Made by a program: the position numbers and the translations under genes. This document shows positions 31,781 to 42,410 of a DNA stretch of 64,000 bases, piece by piece. The DNA lies in the NCBI GenBank assembly GCA_000004985.1, contig GG738845.1; one strand, 5' to 3'. This DNA is from Naegleria gruberi. Taxonomy: Eukaryota. The notes beneath the pieces were generated by a model. That model had not been told where the DNA came from. It searched no databases and saw only the letters and a program-made list of their open reading frames with translations. How positions within the stretch are numbered: the first letter of the stretch is position 1; the number at the start of each line of letters is the position of its first letter.

Positions 31781-32392
31781 TTAAAGATCAGTCTTTTTCT
31801 TCTTCTTCTTTTTATCAGTATTATCCTTCTTGGTTGCACTGCTTGTTACTGGAACTGGAGTGGCAGCAGCAGCTGTTATTGATGGTTGTTTCAATGTGGA
31901 GGTCATGTGATCTCTCAAAATGTTAAATAAAGTGGATTGGAATGTGGCCAAATCCTTATTTAATACAATTGTGGAAAATTTCTTATCTTTACCATTTGTT
32001 ACTCTAATTAAACATCCTTCATTTAATTTGTTTGCTGAAGATTTCTTTTTGATTCCACTTGAACTCTTTTTTAAACTATCAAAATGTTGTTGTTTTTCAG
32101 ATTTTGGCTTTTGTTCCTTTGGTGTGACTGTTTAATATGTGCATTTATAAATTTCATCAATTCGATCAAAATTATTGGTTTAATAATTGTATCATGTTGA
32201 ATTCCAATATAATATAATAATCCAAGTAATTGTCCATTGTTATGCATAAATAATTTCCATCCATCATGTAAATTTTAAATAAAAAGACGTACACTTTTTA
32301 AAAGTCATCCATACAGAATGTTTATCCTTATTTTCACTATACAATTGCGAAACTTTTGTAATAAATTCGTGTTTGTTATTAATATAAACCAT
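31781..32392 (-). CDS. SRP14: Signal recognition particle 14-kDa subunit (SRP14), 2 exons, ~148 aa.
   Basis: Exon 1 is 32392-~32293: MVYINNKHEFITKVSQLYSENKDKHSVWMTFKK (human MVLLESEQFLTELTRLFQKCRTSGSVYITLKK), with donor AAAAAGT|GTACGT in phase 1. The intron is ~165 nt and ends TTAAACAG at ~32128. Exon 2 is ~32127-31781: ...NKLNEGCLIRVTNGKDKKFSTIVLNKDLATFQSTLFNILRDHM (human NKCLLRATDGKKKISTVVSSKEVNKFQMAYSNLLRANM), followed by an Ala/Lys-rich tail. It is not in the ORF track because no complete M-initiated ORF exists in the window. Confidence 0.7.
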
Positions 32393-32656
32393 TTGTTCCG
32401 ATCAAAAAAGTATTATTATTCTTATTGTGCTTTGGTGCAATTTCCTCGTCTCAATTTTTTTTATTTTTAAATATTTTATTTGATTACATCATCAAGGCAA
32501 ACTTGCAAGCCAAATTAATTTCATCACACACATAAATATTAATATTACTAGATTTCGGAATTCATGTTTTGCTGCTTAATAGACAGATAAAACGTGATTC
32601 ACAAAATTTGATGAACAAGAGAATTACCTGACCACATCTAATAATAGATAATAAAA

Positions 32657-33730
32657 ATTGAAAAAAATGAATTGGTATTTTACTGATCAAGAATTGGCTT
32701 TGCTTCCATCACTTCAGGGAGAGAATAAAATAACGAGGGAGAGTGAAGCTGAATATAGAAGATCAACAGCATCGTTTATTCAACAAGCTGGTATTCATTT
32801 GAAAGTGTAGGTTGAAAATAGTAGAATAGTAATTTTAAATTTCCGAAGTCCACAATTAACCATCGCAACTAGTCTAGTATTCTTTCATAGATTTTATGCT
32901 AAATATGAATTTCAAAAACATGATAGATTTGTATGTAGTAGTTGGTAGTTTTTTCGGATAGAATTAATATTTTGGAAATTAATTTGTTTGTGGATTATTG
33001 GATGTTGTTGTATTTATAATAATTTATTCATAATTATAATAATAATTATTGGAAATGATTGCAGACGGTTGCTATTGCTTGTCTGTTTTTAGCAGGTAAA
33101 GTGGAAGAAACACCAAAGAAATTAAAGAATATTATCGATTCTAGTGATGCTGTACGAAAGAGTAAACAATCAACTAAGGAAATGGAAAAATTAATTGAGG
33201 ATGTTATTGAAAAGGAAAAATTATTATTGAAATTATTGAATTTTGATTTTAAAATTGAACATCCATATAAATCAGTCATGCATTATATTTACAATTTAAA
33301 GAAAGATGACAAGTATAAAGATAAGGTTAAAGAGTTGGCACAATATGCTTGGAATTTTGTGAACGATAGTTTCCAAACTCTCTTGTGTTTGCAATATCCT
33401 CCAAGAAAGATTGCTGCTGCCTGTATTTACTTATCAACAAATCAATATATCAATATACAATTACCTGATGGATGGGAACAATCAGATGTCTTTAAAACTA
33501 CACACGCCGAAAATGAAAAGATTTCAAAAATAATTTCAGCTCTCTACCCTCAACAACCAAAGAAGAAATTACCATTTGAGGTTATTGACAACAACACAAG
33601 TGGATCAGCTAGTAGTTCAAGCAATGTTCAAGAACAACCAAGCACAACAGAAAATCCTTCCTCCTCAACATTACAAGACACTCAGGACTCGATAATGAAA
33701 GGAAATTCAGAATCTGCCACTGAGTTTTAA
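32657..33730 (+). CDS. Cyclin K-like cyclin, 3 exons, ~295 aa; divergently transcribed from SRP14 (264-bp spacer).
   Basis: Exon 1 is 32657-~32796: MNWYFTDQELALLPS...AEYRRSTASFIQQAGIHLK, with a GTAGGT donor. Intron 1 is 42 nt. Exon 2 is ~32839-32920: VPQLTIATSLVFFHRFYAKYEFQKHDRF, with a GTATGT donor. Intron 2 is ~144 nt ending TTGCAG at ~33064. Exon 3 is ~33065-33730. Matches to human cyclin K: [19 protein letters not shown] ([20 protein letters not shown]), FDFKIEHPY (FDLQVEHPY), WNFVNDSFQTLLCLQY (WTFVNDSLCTTLSLQW). Confidence 0.75.
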
Positions 33731-34027
33731 AGCACAAACAATGTCAATAAATAATTTAACCTCTTACAATTATGAATCTGATTAATAAGCCTCCCATTCA
33801 AGGTGTATCAGTAATGAAGAAGATAATCTGCTATTAACATTCGATTGGTTTTGTTAGAAAATCAACAAGAATTCTTCTTCACCTTCAAAGAATATTTTTT
33901 ACATTTAAAAAAAATACAAAAACAAATATTTTGTGATCCGATCAATCTTCATCACGAATATTTTTCATCATCATTATTGGCCATCATCGCAAAGAATAAT
34001 ATTTATTGGAAAAAACAACTTGTACAA

Positions 34028-34756
34028 ATGGTAAAACTTTCACCGGAATTAGTAGCATCATCAGCACAATTTTTCAATCCAATCAAGGAGAGAGAATTAG
34101 ATTTGAGAGGAAATAAAATTGTAACTATTGAAAATCTTGGTACTACGAGGGATAGTTTTGATGTGATTGATTTTTCGGATAATGAAATTGCTAGAATGGA
34201 GAACTTTCCATTGCTAAGAAGATTACATACACTCTTTTTTAACAATAATAGACTAAATTATATTGATGAAAAGCTAGGAGAAAAGAATTTACAAAACTTG
34301 GAAACTTTAATATTGACTAATAATTATTTCAAGGAACTTTACGAGTTGAACGGATTAAAGACATTTAAAAAGTTGAAATCGATATCATTGCTGGACAATT
34401 TGGTAAATAAGAAGGAAAACTATAGGTTATATTTGATATTCCTCTTACCAACTTTAAAGTACTTGGATTTCATCAAGGTAAAGAAAATTGAAAGAGATAG
34501 ATCTAAACACATCTATGGAACACTTGCCAAGCCAACAGAGGAAGCTCAAAAAATTCTAGGAATTACAAAGACAGCAGCTGTCATTAGTACAGAAACTAGT
34601 AACAAACAAGCATCTGCTTTAACAGAAAAGCCAGCCCTCTCTCCCGAGGAAATTATGAAAATCAAAAAAGCAATCATACAAGCCAAAACGCTTCAGGAAG
34701 TTGAATATTACAAACAAGCTCTCAAACAAGGTATTCTTCCAAAGGAGCTTCATTAG
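34028..34756 (+). CDS. SNRPA1: U2 snRNP protein A' (U2A', LRR protein), 242 aa.
   Basis: In-frame ATG at 34028; the track ORF starts upstream at 33845. MVKLSPELVASSAQFFNPIKERELDLRGNKIVTIENLGTTRDSFDVIDFSDNEIARMENFPLLRRLHTLFFNNNRL...LETLILTNNYFKELYELNGL...LDNLVNKKENYRLYLIFLLPTLKYLDF is collinear with human SNRPA1 (MVKLTAELIEQAAQYTNAVRDRELDLRGYKIPVIENLGATLDQFDAIDFSDNEIRKLDGFPLLRRLKTL...NPVTNKKHYRLYVIYKVPQVRVLDF). Confidence 0.8.
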   Translation: MVKLSPELVASSAQFFNPIKERELDLRGNKIVTIENLGTTRDSFDVIDFSDNEIARMENFPLLRRLHTLFFNNNRLNYIDEKLGEKNLQNLETLILTNNYFKELYELNGLKTFKKLKSISLLDNLVNKKENYRLYLIFLLPTLKYLDFIKVKKIERDRSKHIYGTLAKPTEEAQKILGITKTAAVISTETSNKQASALTEKPALSPEEIMKIKKAIIQAKTLQEVEYYKQALKQGILPKELH

Positions 34757-34860
34757 ATTATGTAACATTACAAATTGTTGTTATTAATAAATATTTCAAT
34801 TTCACTCTCCAAATTTCAATTTCACTTTGAAGCTCAATATCAAATTTTAACAAATAAAAA

Positions 34861-36090
34861 ATGTCCCAAGATCACTCAACTTCATTACAATTAACTACTG
34901 ATCAGACAAATTTAAAAAGTATTATTTGTAGAGCTCTCGAAAAAAGTGAGATATTCAGACAGCGTTTCGCTGAGAAATTCCATCAAACAACTCTGGAAAA
35001 TTTGTGTATTAAAAGTTCTGCCATCGATAATGGCATTAGTAACAAGATTTTCACAATTGAATTATCCTCATCTTCTCCCTCATTAGTAGAAACAGCAATC
35101 GAGAAAAATTCGATCTGGAGCTGCATGGAAGTGATCCTTAAAATTACTTCTGACAAGTCCACAAATATTCCTTCATTATTTAACAAGACACTGAATGAGG
35201 CATGTATTATGAAATTCCTACATGCCAATCTTGCTCATCAATTTAAATCTCCAACAATTTATGATCATACAGATGGGAATGGGAAGGGAGAAAGTGAAAT
35301 GGATTACATTCTGATGGAGAAATGTGAAGGAATGGCCTTGAATTTGATTTATGATGAATTGAGTGATGAGGAGAGAAGATTGCTCATTTCACATATAAGT
35401 GAGATGAGAGGTAAATTATGTGAATTTGCATTCATTCCAGAGGATTCTCATGGAAACTTAAAGGAAACTCTATTTGGATCAGTGCTAGATATTAAGGTAG
35501 TTAATGATAAGGTTGCTCATGTCACTGTTGGAAGAAATAGTGATGGAGATGGACCATTTGAATCATTTTCAGACTTTTTAATTGCTAATTTTGAAAAAAG
35601 GATTGAAGAAATGCTCAAAGATGAAAGAGTTTCGTCTCTAGTTTACAATTTTCAACAATTAGTGAAGTATCTGAAAGAGAAACCTCTTTCTATTTCTTCA
35701 GATTTATATCAATTATGTCACATTGATTTGACCCCAAATAATGTTATTGTCAATCCTTCCACCAATCACATTACTGGCATAATTGACTGGGAATGGGGAG
35801 TAATGACTCTCTTAGATATGGACATTAATGAATTAATGACATGGACAAGAAATGATCAAGAAATATCCTTCCTCAAAGAATGTCTCCACCAGCACATTCC
35901 CCAAATTGGTAAAAACTCGAATTTTTGGGAGGAATTTGAAGGGAGAAGAAAATTATTTCTAGCACTGGATTGGGCCATTCGATTATCAAGTTACAAGAAT
36001 TGGTTTAGAAATGATGAAACAGAGGCAGAATCATTCATTGTGAAGGCATTGGAAAATACCAAGCAGTTTTTTATGGAAAATTCATTCTAA
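34861..36090 (+). CDS. Aminoglycoside-phosphotransferase-family (APH/choline-kinase-like) small-molecule kinase, 409 aa.
   Basis: ATG at 34861. Catalytic-loop (Brenner) motif LCHIDLTPNNVIVN (HxDLxxxN) followed by ITGIIDWEWG (the DxD/DFG-equivalent metal-binding site of the APH/ChoK/FN3K fold). An N-terminal lysine-containing nucleotide-binding region is also present. Confidence 0.65.
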   Translation: MSQDHSTSLQLTTDQTNLKSIICRALEKSEIFRQRFAEKFHQTTLENLCIKSSAIDNGISNKIFTIELSSSSPSLVETAIEKNSIWSCMEVILKITSDKSTNIPSLFNKTLNEACIMKFLHANLAHQFKSPTIYDHTDGNGKGESEMDYILMEKCEGMALNLIYDELSDEERRLLISHISEMRGKLCEFAFIPEDSHGNLKETLFGSVLDIKVVNDKVAHVTVGRNSDGDGPFESFSDFLIANFEKRIEEMLKDERVSSLVYNFQQLVKYLKEKPLSISSDLYQLCHIDLTPNNVIVNPSTNHITGIIDWEWGVMTLLDMDINELMTWTRNDQEISFLKECLHQHIPQIGKNSNFWEEFEGRRKLFLALDWAIRLSSYKNWFRNDETEAESFIVKALENTKQFFMENSF

Positions 36091-36156
36091 ATTCTGCATT
36101 TTTCTTAATTTGGACTTGGGAATTGCAAAATTGAATTAAAACACAATAAAATTACA

Positions 36157-37764
36157 ATGGTGTTGCTCTTTACAATCATAAAACAAATGAATACCAGACA
36201 CACAGTTTTCAGAAAATCCAATGTGATGGATTTAGCAACATGTTTGCGTACCTCAACACTCAGAACCAATAATGCTCAGAAAGTTAAGGAAAAACCTCTC
36301 GAACCACTCATTCTCTCACCTATTAATCACTTGTGGGAAATATGTGTCAAGATAAATTCCTACTTGAGACCAAAAGATTTATTCAAAATAATGTTGACTT
36401 GTTCACAGTATTATGAATGGGTTGTCAAATATAATTTAGAAAAACATGTTCCAATTGGAGTTTCTTCATGTCTAGCAGTTTATTTTAAGTTTTCAGCAGA
36501 TCGATTTAGAAAATATGAAAAAAGTTTATTGTTCATGATGGATAGGTTTGGGCACGTCATTTCAGAAAGTCAATTATTACAGATTTTACAACAGAGCTGT
36601 ACCAGTGGATTGGACAGATTAATGTATTCAGCAATAGATTTGATGGATTCTATTAGGTTTGAATCAATCTTGGAATTGTATTTTAGAGATCAAAACTTAT
36701 TCGATATGTTCTTTAGACATCCCAAGCTCATTGAAAGAGTGGAAGAATTTCAAGATTCTTTTATTGCTCATTTAGAATCAACTGATAGAGAGTTTAGAAT
36801 GGTATACAAATTCTTCTTCAATTCTGAATTATTTAACTGCTTGATAGAAAATTCATTACCTTGGATTGAGAAGAATAGCCAAGTACTGAGAGAAATTAAG
36901 GATTTGGATGTCAAGATGAGACAAATCCCAAAACTCAAACAATTGGTAATTAAGCATTTTGAATCAGTAACGGATTGTAATACTGAACAATTGAGTAAGA
37001 TAGTTTTGCAACTGTCAAAGAAAGAAAGAGAAACTGTGGAGAGTAAGCTGAATGATGAAGATGATTTAAACATGGAACACATGAAAAGTTATGAGGTCTG
37101 CAAAGTATTTGGTAAATCCATTCTCGAAAAAGCAAACTCTCAAGACAAAAAAAGCCACAATTTGATAGCTCTCTGCTTGAGAACAAATCCAGAGTTGGCC
37201 AAGGATTTTGATTTGAGAACATTTGGGTATGATCTTATTGTGAATCGTCAATTTGCAATCATTTCTGGTCTAGTCTCAACTTTTTCATTGAAATTCATTG
37301 AGCAATTAGCTCCCTCTCCAAGATCTTTCCTTGTAATGGTATTGAGAAGTGCTAATCCGCTTGGATCAAATTCCAATTACATTGGGCTTAGGAGTACTGA
37401 AACGTCTTCAAGAATAACTAGACACAAAGTAGAGCTGATCTACTTGATTGAAAACATGTTCCACAAATTCCCAGATATGAAAATTCGTAGGTTCAATGAT
37501 AAGGTATTGAGAGAGGCCAAAAATCTCCATTCCAAAGAGATTGAAGCATCAATTTTGAAACACAAGGATTATTCAACTGAATGTGATAGCGAAAGTGATT
37601 GTAGCAGCAGTGAGGATGAATATTCTTTGGAAAGCGGTAAAAAAATTATGGATGAAATTAATAAGAAACGAATTGAGAGAAATCAAAAAAATAGAAAAGT
37701 AAGAAGGAGCTATAGAAATTACTTTGATGAAGATGATTATGATTCCATGTATGGGTATTATTGA
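36157..37764 (+). CDS. Hypothetical protein (535 aa) with a weak F-box-like N-terminal motif and a Ser/Asp/Tyr-rich C-terminus.
   Basis: ATG at 36157. LSPINHLWEICVKINSYLRPKDLFKIMLTCSQYYEWVV resembles an F-box (LP.EI...I...L...DL.....VCK.W). Otherwise unassigned. Confidence 0.45.
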   Translation: MVLLFTIIKQMNTRHTVFRKSNVMDLATCLRTSTLRTNNAQKVKEKPLEPLILSPINHLWEICVKINSYLRPKDLFKIMLTCSQYYEWVVKYNLEKHVPIGVSSCLAVYFKFSADRFRKYEKSLLFMMDRFGHVISESQLLQILQQSCTSGLDRLMYSAIDLMDSIRFESILELYFRDQNLFDMFFRHPKLIERVEEFQDSFIAHLESTDREFRMVYKFFFNSELFNCLIENSLPWIEKNSQVLREIKDLDVKMRQIPKLKQLVIKHFESVTDCNTEQLSKIVLQLSKKERETVESKLNDEDDLNMEHMKSYEVCKVFGKSILEKANSQDKKSHNLIALCLRTNPELAKDFDLRTFGYDLIVNRQFAIISGLVSTFSLKFIEQLAPSPRSFLVMVLRSANPLGSNSNYIGLRSTETSSRITRHKVELIYLIENMFHKFPDMKIRRFNDKVLREAKNLHSKEIEASILKHKDYSTECDSESDCSSSEDEYSLESGKKIMDEINKKRIERNQKNRKVRRSYRNYFDEDDYDSMYGYY

Positions 37765-37834
37765 TCAATTTCTGATATCTGATGATGAATAAATAATCGA
37801 GTTTCCATTGTAACATTGAAAGTACTTTTTCCTT

Positions 37835-39441
37835 TCATTCTTTCTCATTGTCATCACTTTGAATTTCCAAATTTTGCAATATTTCCTTAATTACTTTTCT
37901 CTCTTCGTTTGAACATTTTTCAGATTCTAAAATTTCACATAGTTTCCAATCTTCAATTTGTGGACTTACAATATCCTTATCAGTTTTTACAAGCTCTAAC
38001 AGACTTTTCAAACAGTGCCATCTACATGGCTCAAGACCCACTCCTTCATTAAGAACTGTTATTGCACCTTGTCCTATTAAATATTTGACGGATTCTTCGT
38101 CATTGCAGTAGCAAATGTTCATAATGGATATAAAAGCTTCTGATTTGATTTGAATTTCGTTACTTTTGGCAGAATCAATGATGAGAGGAACCAAACCAGC
38201 GTCTATCACATGTTTAATTTGAGTATCGCCTCCCAGTATATTAGCAATAGTTAAAAGAGCATCTTTTCTTATTGATATTCTTGGGCTATTGATCAGTGTT
38301 GGCATTTCTCGTAGTAATCCAGCATTCAACATATACTCTGTCTCCATATCATTCCCACTAGATATGATTGCAAAAATACGAAGTACAGGGCTATTGTTAT
38401 TGGAATATTCCAGCTCAATTGATTTAAATCAATATTCAACTTACGTTACAATGGAATTGCTTTTTGATCTGAGAAAAGGGATTATTCTTGTTATAAAACC
38501 ACTTTCAATAAATAATGAAATGCCCTCATCTTGAAAAAACATAATTTTTTCAAGAGCCCAACAAGCATCACAAAGAATTTGATCATCATCAGCAAACAGC
38601 AATATGTGAAGTGCTGACATGACCATTTTAGCATGATTCAATGAAACACATGGTTTACCTTTTGTTAAATTCAAAAGACATGAGGAGACTGAAAGCTGGT
38701 CTCAGAATTATTATCAGCTCACTGCAACTTACCAGATCTCATAAAAGTAATAGAATTGGAATTCTGTTCTAACTGTTTCAGTATTGTTGGTAGCACGTCC
38801 TCATCCAAAATCAAGTCTCTAAACGAAACCAATTCTTCAGCAATATCCCCAAGTACGTAATTACATTGTTCTTTCAAATCCAAACAATCGCAAGTTTTCA
38901 ATAAATGTACAATGTGTGGAATGCATCCTAGTGAAACCATATTGGATGCTGAACTTCCAAAACTGAAAACTCTTTCAATAGTAGACATTACTTCATAATA
39001 AAGAATTTCCAACTTTTCTCTTGAAATTGTTTCAATTTTCTTTGTATTGTTGTGTCTTCCATTTTCAATATTGTAATAGATTGAAATAAAATCTTCATTG
39101 ATAAATAATGCCATTCGCTCAACTAATTCAGTGACACGAGAAAGTCTTCTACTAGAGGCAGTAATGATCTTTCGTATTTTCACAACAGTTTCCAACACTT
39201 TTTTAAAACTGTTATATTCCATATCAAGATAATAGTGAAAAATCTTGAAAGTATCATCCGAGAGTGGAGCATCCTTTCGTTTCGAATAAAAATTGCCAAG
39301 TTTAGATCGTGATTTTGCTTCAATTACATTCCGATAGTTTTGTTTTTTAATCCATTCATAGCCTGGCGATAATTTCACTTGTTGATCGGTGATGTCGTGA
39401 TGATTAACAAGGATGCTTTCTTCGGTTTCTTGTTGGTTCAT
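37835..39441 (-). CDS. Armadillo-repeat protein, importin-alpha-like ARM domain; 3 exons; ~506 aa.
   Basis: Exon 1 is 39441-~38733 (ATG at 39441; the track start at 39453 is TTG); donor TCTG|GTAAGT. Intron 1 is 44 nt. Exon 2 is ~38688-38445; donor AC|GTAAGT. Intron 2 is 54 nt ending CAATAG. Exon 3 is ~38390-37835. ARM motifs: ILCDACWALEKI (compare importin-alpha VLTDACWALSYLS), SLGCIPHIVHLL, IRKDALLTIANILGGDTQIKHVIDAGLVPLII. No clear IBB domain at the N-terminus. Confidence 0.65.
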
Positions 39442-39488
39442 TTTTTTTTGCAATTCTATTGTAAACTGTCTTGTTATTAATACATCAT

Positions 39489-41453
39489 TTACAAAAATTC
39501 CATATGATCATCATCATTGGAAGGACGATGAACAAACCTATAAAGAGCTACCAGATATCTTGGATCCATTCTACTATAATTCTCAAAATTTTGATCCATA
39601 AAATCAGAATAATCCTCCCCTGATAGTATTTTCTCGGTATGTTCAGAAAGTAGCAAATTCTCATTGATCATTGTCAAATGGTAGAGAGTGAGTCGTTCCT
39701 CTGTATTAAATACAGTGTGAATCGTGTTTTCCAACAAGTCCAAATCAAAAATATTTGGCTTGAAACAATTTCTGAGCCAATGCAAATTAGTTTCACAATC
39801 AGTCCAACCAATGCAGTGATGCACTATGGAGAGAATATTTTCCTTGATTATATCCTCATCTCCCTTAATTTCACTCAATTTCTTCCATTCCACAATTAAG
39901 CTTGGAAATATTATGTCAATATGTGATTTCATATCAACAATATATTTAAATGAAGTCAATAAGTTGGATAAAAATCCAGTACGTTCCTGAATCTCAAAAA
40001 TATCTAAATTGAAAGTGTCCATTATATATCTGATAGTGAAAGAGCTGCTCTGTGAGTAGTGTCGCCAAAAAAGTGCTTCCTCAATACGCTCTAGAGGAAA
40101 ATTAATTCCTCTCTTATTTGCAATTTTTAGAAACTTGTCAGTAATTTTCAATTTGGCACAATCTAGAAAGGAAACTGCCTCAAGATCTATTGGATACAAT
40201 TTCAAGAGCTCATCAATATAGACATCAGATAGTTTGCAAATCGAATCTAGGAGAAAACTATGCAAGTATCTGGAAATAATCGATTCACGACTTGTAAATT
40301 TCTCCAAGTGCTTGAAAAATCGCACCACTGTATGAGCGAGAGACAATTCTTCCTCCTCAGAGTCAACATTTCTCAAACATTGATACAGACCACTTTCTGG
40401 AAGCCCTTTCTCCATTCCATTTCTTTCGAATATTCCAATTACCAATGGTAAAATATCTTCAAAATATTCAATGTTCTGTAACAAGATACTTTCAAACCAT
40501 GTACTGCTGAGTGGAGTTTTAAATTTAAGTCCAACAAAGTGTTGTAGAACGGTTCCACAATCCTCTACTGGAACATGTGAATGTAAATAATTGATACATG
40601 CACGAAATATTGAGAGCCAACACCTTTCAGAATAGTCCAACTCTAAATGATGCTTGTAAAAGAATGAAAATGCTTTCATTCCAAATTGAAAATCCTCTTT
40701 TGGACATGAACTACTTGGATGGTGTTCCCTTCCTGTAAAAACTGTCAACATTGGATAAAGGAAGGCCTCACTATGTTCACTGTAATTATACCAATAAAAG
40801 AATGTAGAAATTGCAATAGATCCTATAGATAATAATTGTTTTTCCATCAAGTATTTGTATCTTTTCCCATTCACAAACGAATTATTCTCATTTGATATCT
40901 CACTAATTGAATCATCATTCACTTGAGGTTTTTCCACAAATTTCTGAAAGGATTTTCTCTTTGCTGTTGAATCCTTCAATATGTGAGCAGAATACGAATT
41001 GATAAATGTATTCATCAATGCTCTATTCAACATGCAATATTTCGATTCACCTTTCCATTTGATTCTTTTCAATGATGAAATTAATACTTGTTTCTCCTTA
41101 ATATTTTCTTCAGTATAGAGATCTGAACTGGAAAGTATACTTCCTATCATCCTAACCACCTCATCATTCCAAGTATTTCTATCACCATTATTAATTACGT
41201 TATTATTAATCTTTGCAATATTATGAAATTTAATTCCTCTCCCTATTGCTGCAGCTGAATGAACATTCATTAATTTATGAAATTGCAATTTAATATTAGA
41301 CGAAAGAAAGTGTTGCAGAATAGTTCGCCAGAATGGTTCAAATCGATTCAAGTGTTTCGTCCACTCGGAACAAACCAGCATTGCATTGGCCAAATTACGA
41401 ATTGGAAGAAATTCCAACACACAAAATAAATCATCCAGTGATAAATGTTTCAT
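39489..41453 (-). CDS. F-box protein (654 aa), no recognised C-terminal domain.
   Basis: N-terminal F-box LSLDDLFCVLEFLPIRNLANAMLVCSEWTKHL. Single ORF from the track; my line-by-line read places the ATG one nucleotide off from the track, at 41454 instead of 41453. Confidence 0.6.
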   Translation of the reverse strand: MKHLSLDDLFCVLEFLPIRNLANAMLVCSEWTKHLNRFEPFWRTILQHFLSSNIKLQFHKLMNVHSAAAIGRGIKFHNIAKINNNVINNGDRNTWNDEVVRMIGSILSSSDLYTEENIKEKQVLISSLKRIKWKGESKYCMLNRALMNTFINSYSAHILKDSTAKRKSFQKFVEKPQVNDDSISEISNENNSFVNGKRYKYLMEKQLLSIGSIAISTFFYWYNYSEHSEAFLYPMLTVFTGREHHPSSSCPKEDFQFGMKAFSFFYKHHLELDYSERCWLSIFRACINYLHSHVPVEDCGTVLQHFVGLKFKTPLSSTWFESILLQNIEYFEDILPLVIGIFERNGMEKGLPESGLYQCLRNVDSEEEELSLAHTVVRFFKHLEKFTSRESIISRYLHSFLLDSICKLSDVYIDELLKLYPIDLEAVSFLDCAKLKITDKFLKIANKRGINFPLERIEEALFWRHYSQSSSFTIRYIMDTFNLDIFEIQERTGFLSNLLTSFKYIVDMKSHIDIIFPSLIVEWKKLSEIKGDEDIIKENILSIVHHCIGWTDCETNLHWLRNCFKPNIFDLDLLENTIHTVFNTEERLTLYHLTMINENLLLSEHTEKILSGEDYSDFMDQNFENYSRMDPRYLVALYRFVHRPSNDDDHMEFL

Positions 41454-41580
41454 TTTTTTACTCTAAACTGGAGTCGATCAAAGGAATAATGGTTCAGAAA
41501 TGAACCTGTAACAGGTTCAATAATTTAAAAACTATTTACAATAATATTAAAAAATAGTAAAAATTATTATTAATAAAAAA

Positions 41581-42282
41581 ATGAGTAAAGTGATGATGGA
41601 AAAGAATGTTGAGGAAGATGATCGGGATGAAGAATTAAATTCGGATGATGATCAACACGAAGAACAACAACAACAAACTAATTTGGAGGATGCGTTTAGT
41701 TCTCTTGATAAACGATTAATTAATACATTAAAAAGTCAATACGGAGATGAAATTGTAGGAGATTTAGAATATAAACTAGGAAGTAAAATGATGATTGAAG
41801 ATGATGATGATGAAATTGTTGAAATTATAGATGATGACGACGATCAAATGGAGGATGAGCAAGAAGTAAATGGTGATTCTGCAATTCCTTCACGATATGT
41901 ATTTAGAAATTACGAACCAACAGATTATAAATTAAAAAGATACAAAAAGAGAAATTATGCCACTCTCAATACTAGTGAGAAAACATCCAAGTATTTCGCT
42001 ACTCCAATAGAATCGACTGAAGTCATTTTACGTGATACACTTGCTCCACTGTTGGAAATTGCTGCAAAACAACAAAGCTTGGCAGGATTGGATAAACTTT
42101 TGGTTGGTGAAGATGATAGTGCAGAAATAGCTCTGCTGAAACCTAAAAAGCTCAATGAGGATTTAAAGAGACAGATAAAAACCGAATTGGAATATTTAGA
42201 GAAGCAAACTAATGTTGCTCTCAAGGATATGCTCCAAGAAAGAATTGAAGAGGAGGAAGAGGACTCTGAAGAAGAAGATTAA
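41581..42282 (+). CDS. Acidic coiled-coil protein, cwf18/CCDC12-like spliceosome-associated protein (233 aa).
   Basis: ATG at 41581. RYVFRNYEPTDYKLKRYKKRN matches the cwf18/CCDC12 signature (human LRLRNYVPEDEDLKKRRVP). The C-terminal basic coiled coil LKPKKLNEDLKRQIKTELEYLEKQTNVALKDMLQERI resembles the CCDC12 C-terminus. Asp/Glu-rich tails. Confidence 0.5.
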   Translation: MSKVMMEKNVEEDDRDEELNSDDDQHEEQQQQTNLEDAFSSLDKRLINTLKSQYGDEIVGDLEYKLGSKMMIEDDDDEIVEIIDDDDDQMEDEQEVNGDSAIPSRYVFRNYEPTDYKLKRYKKRNYATLNTSEKTSKYFATPIESTEVILRDTLAPLLEIAAKQQSLAGLDKLLVGEDDSAEIALLKPKKLNEDLKRQIKTELEYLEKQTNVALKDMLQERIEEEEEDSEEED

Positions 42283-42410
42283 TTATTGTAACAATACTAA
42301 ATTATTTCACTTTTTAAATATTTATACTTGAGTTCTAGATAAAGAGTACATCAACCTATTTGTATTGAATTTTGATTTTACAAATTCTGAATATTTTCAA
42401 CTTGAAAAAA

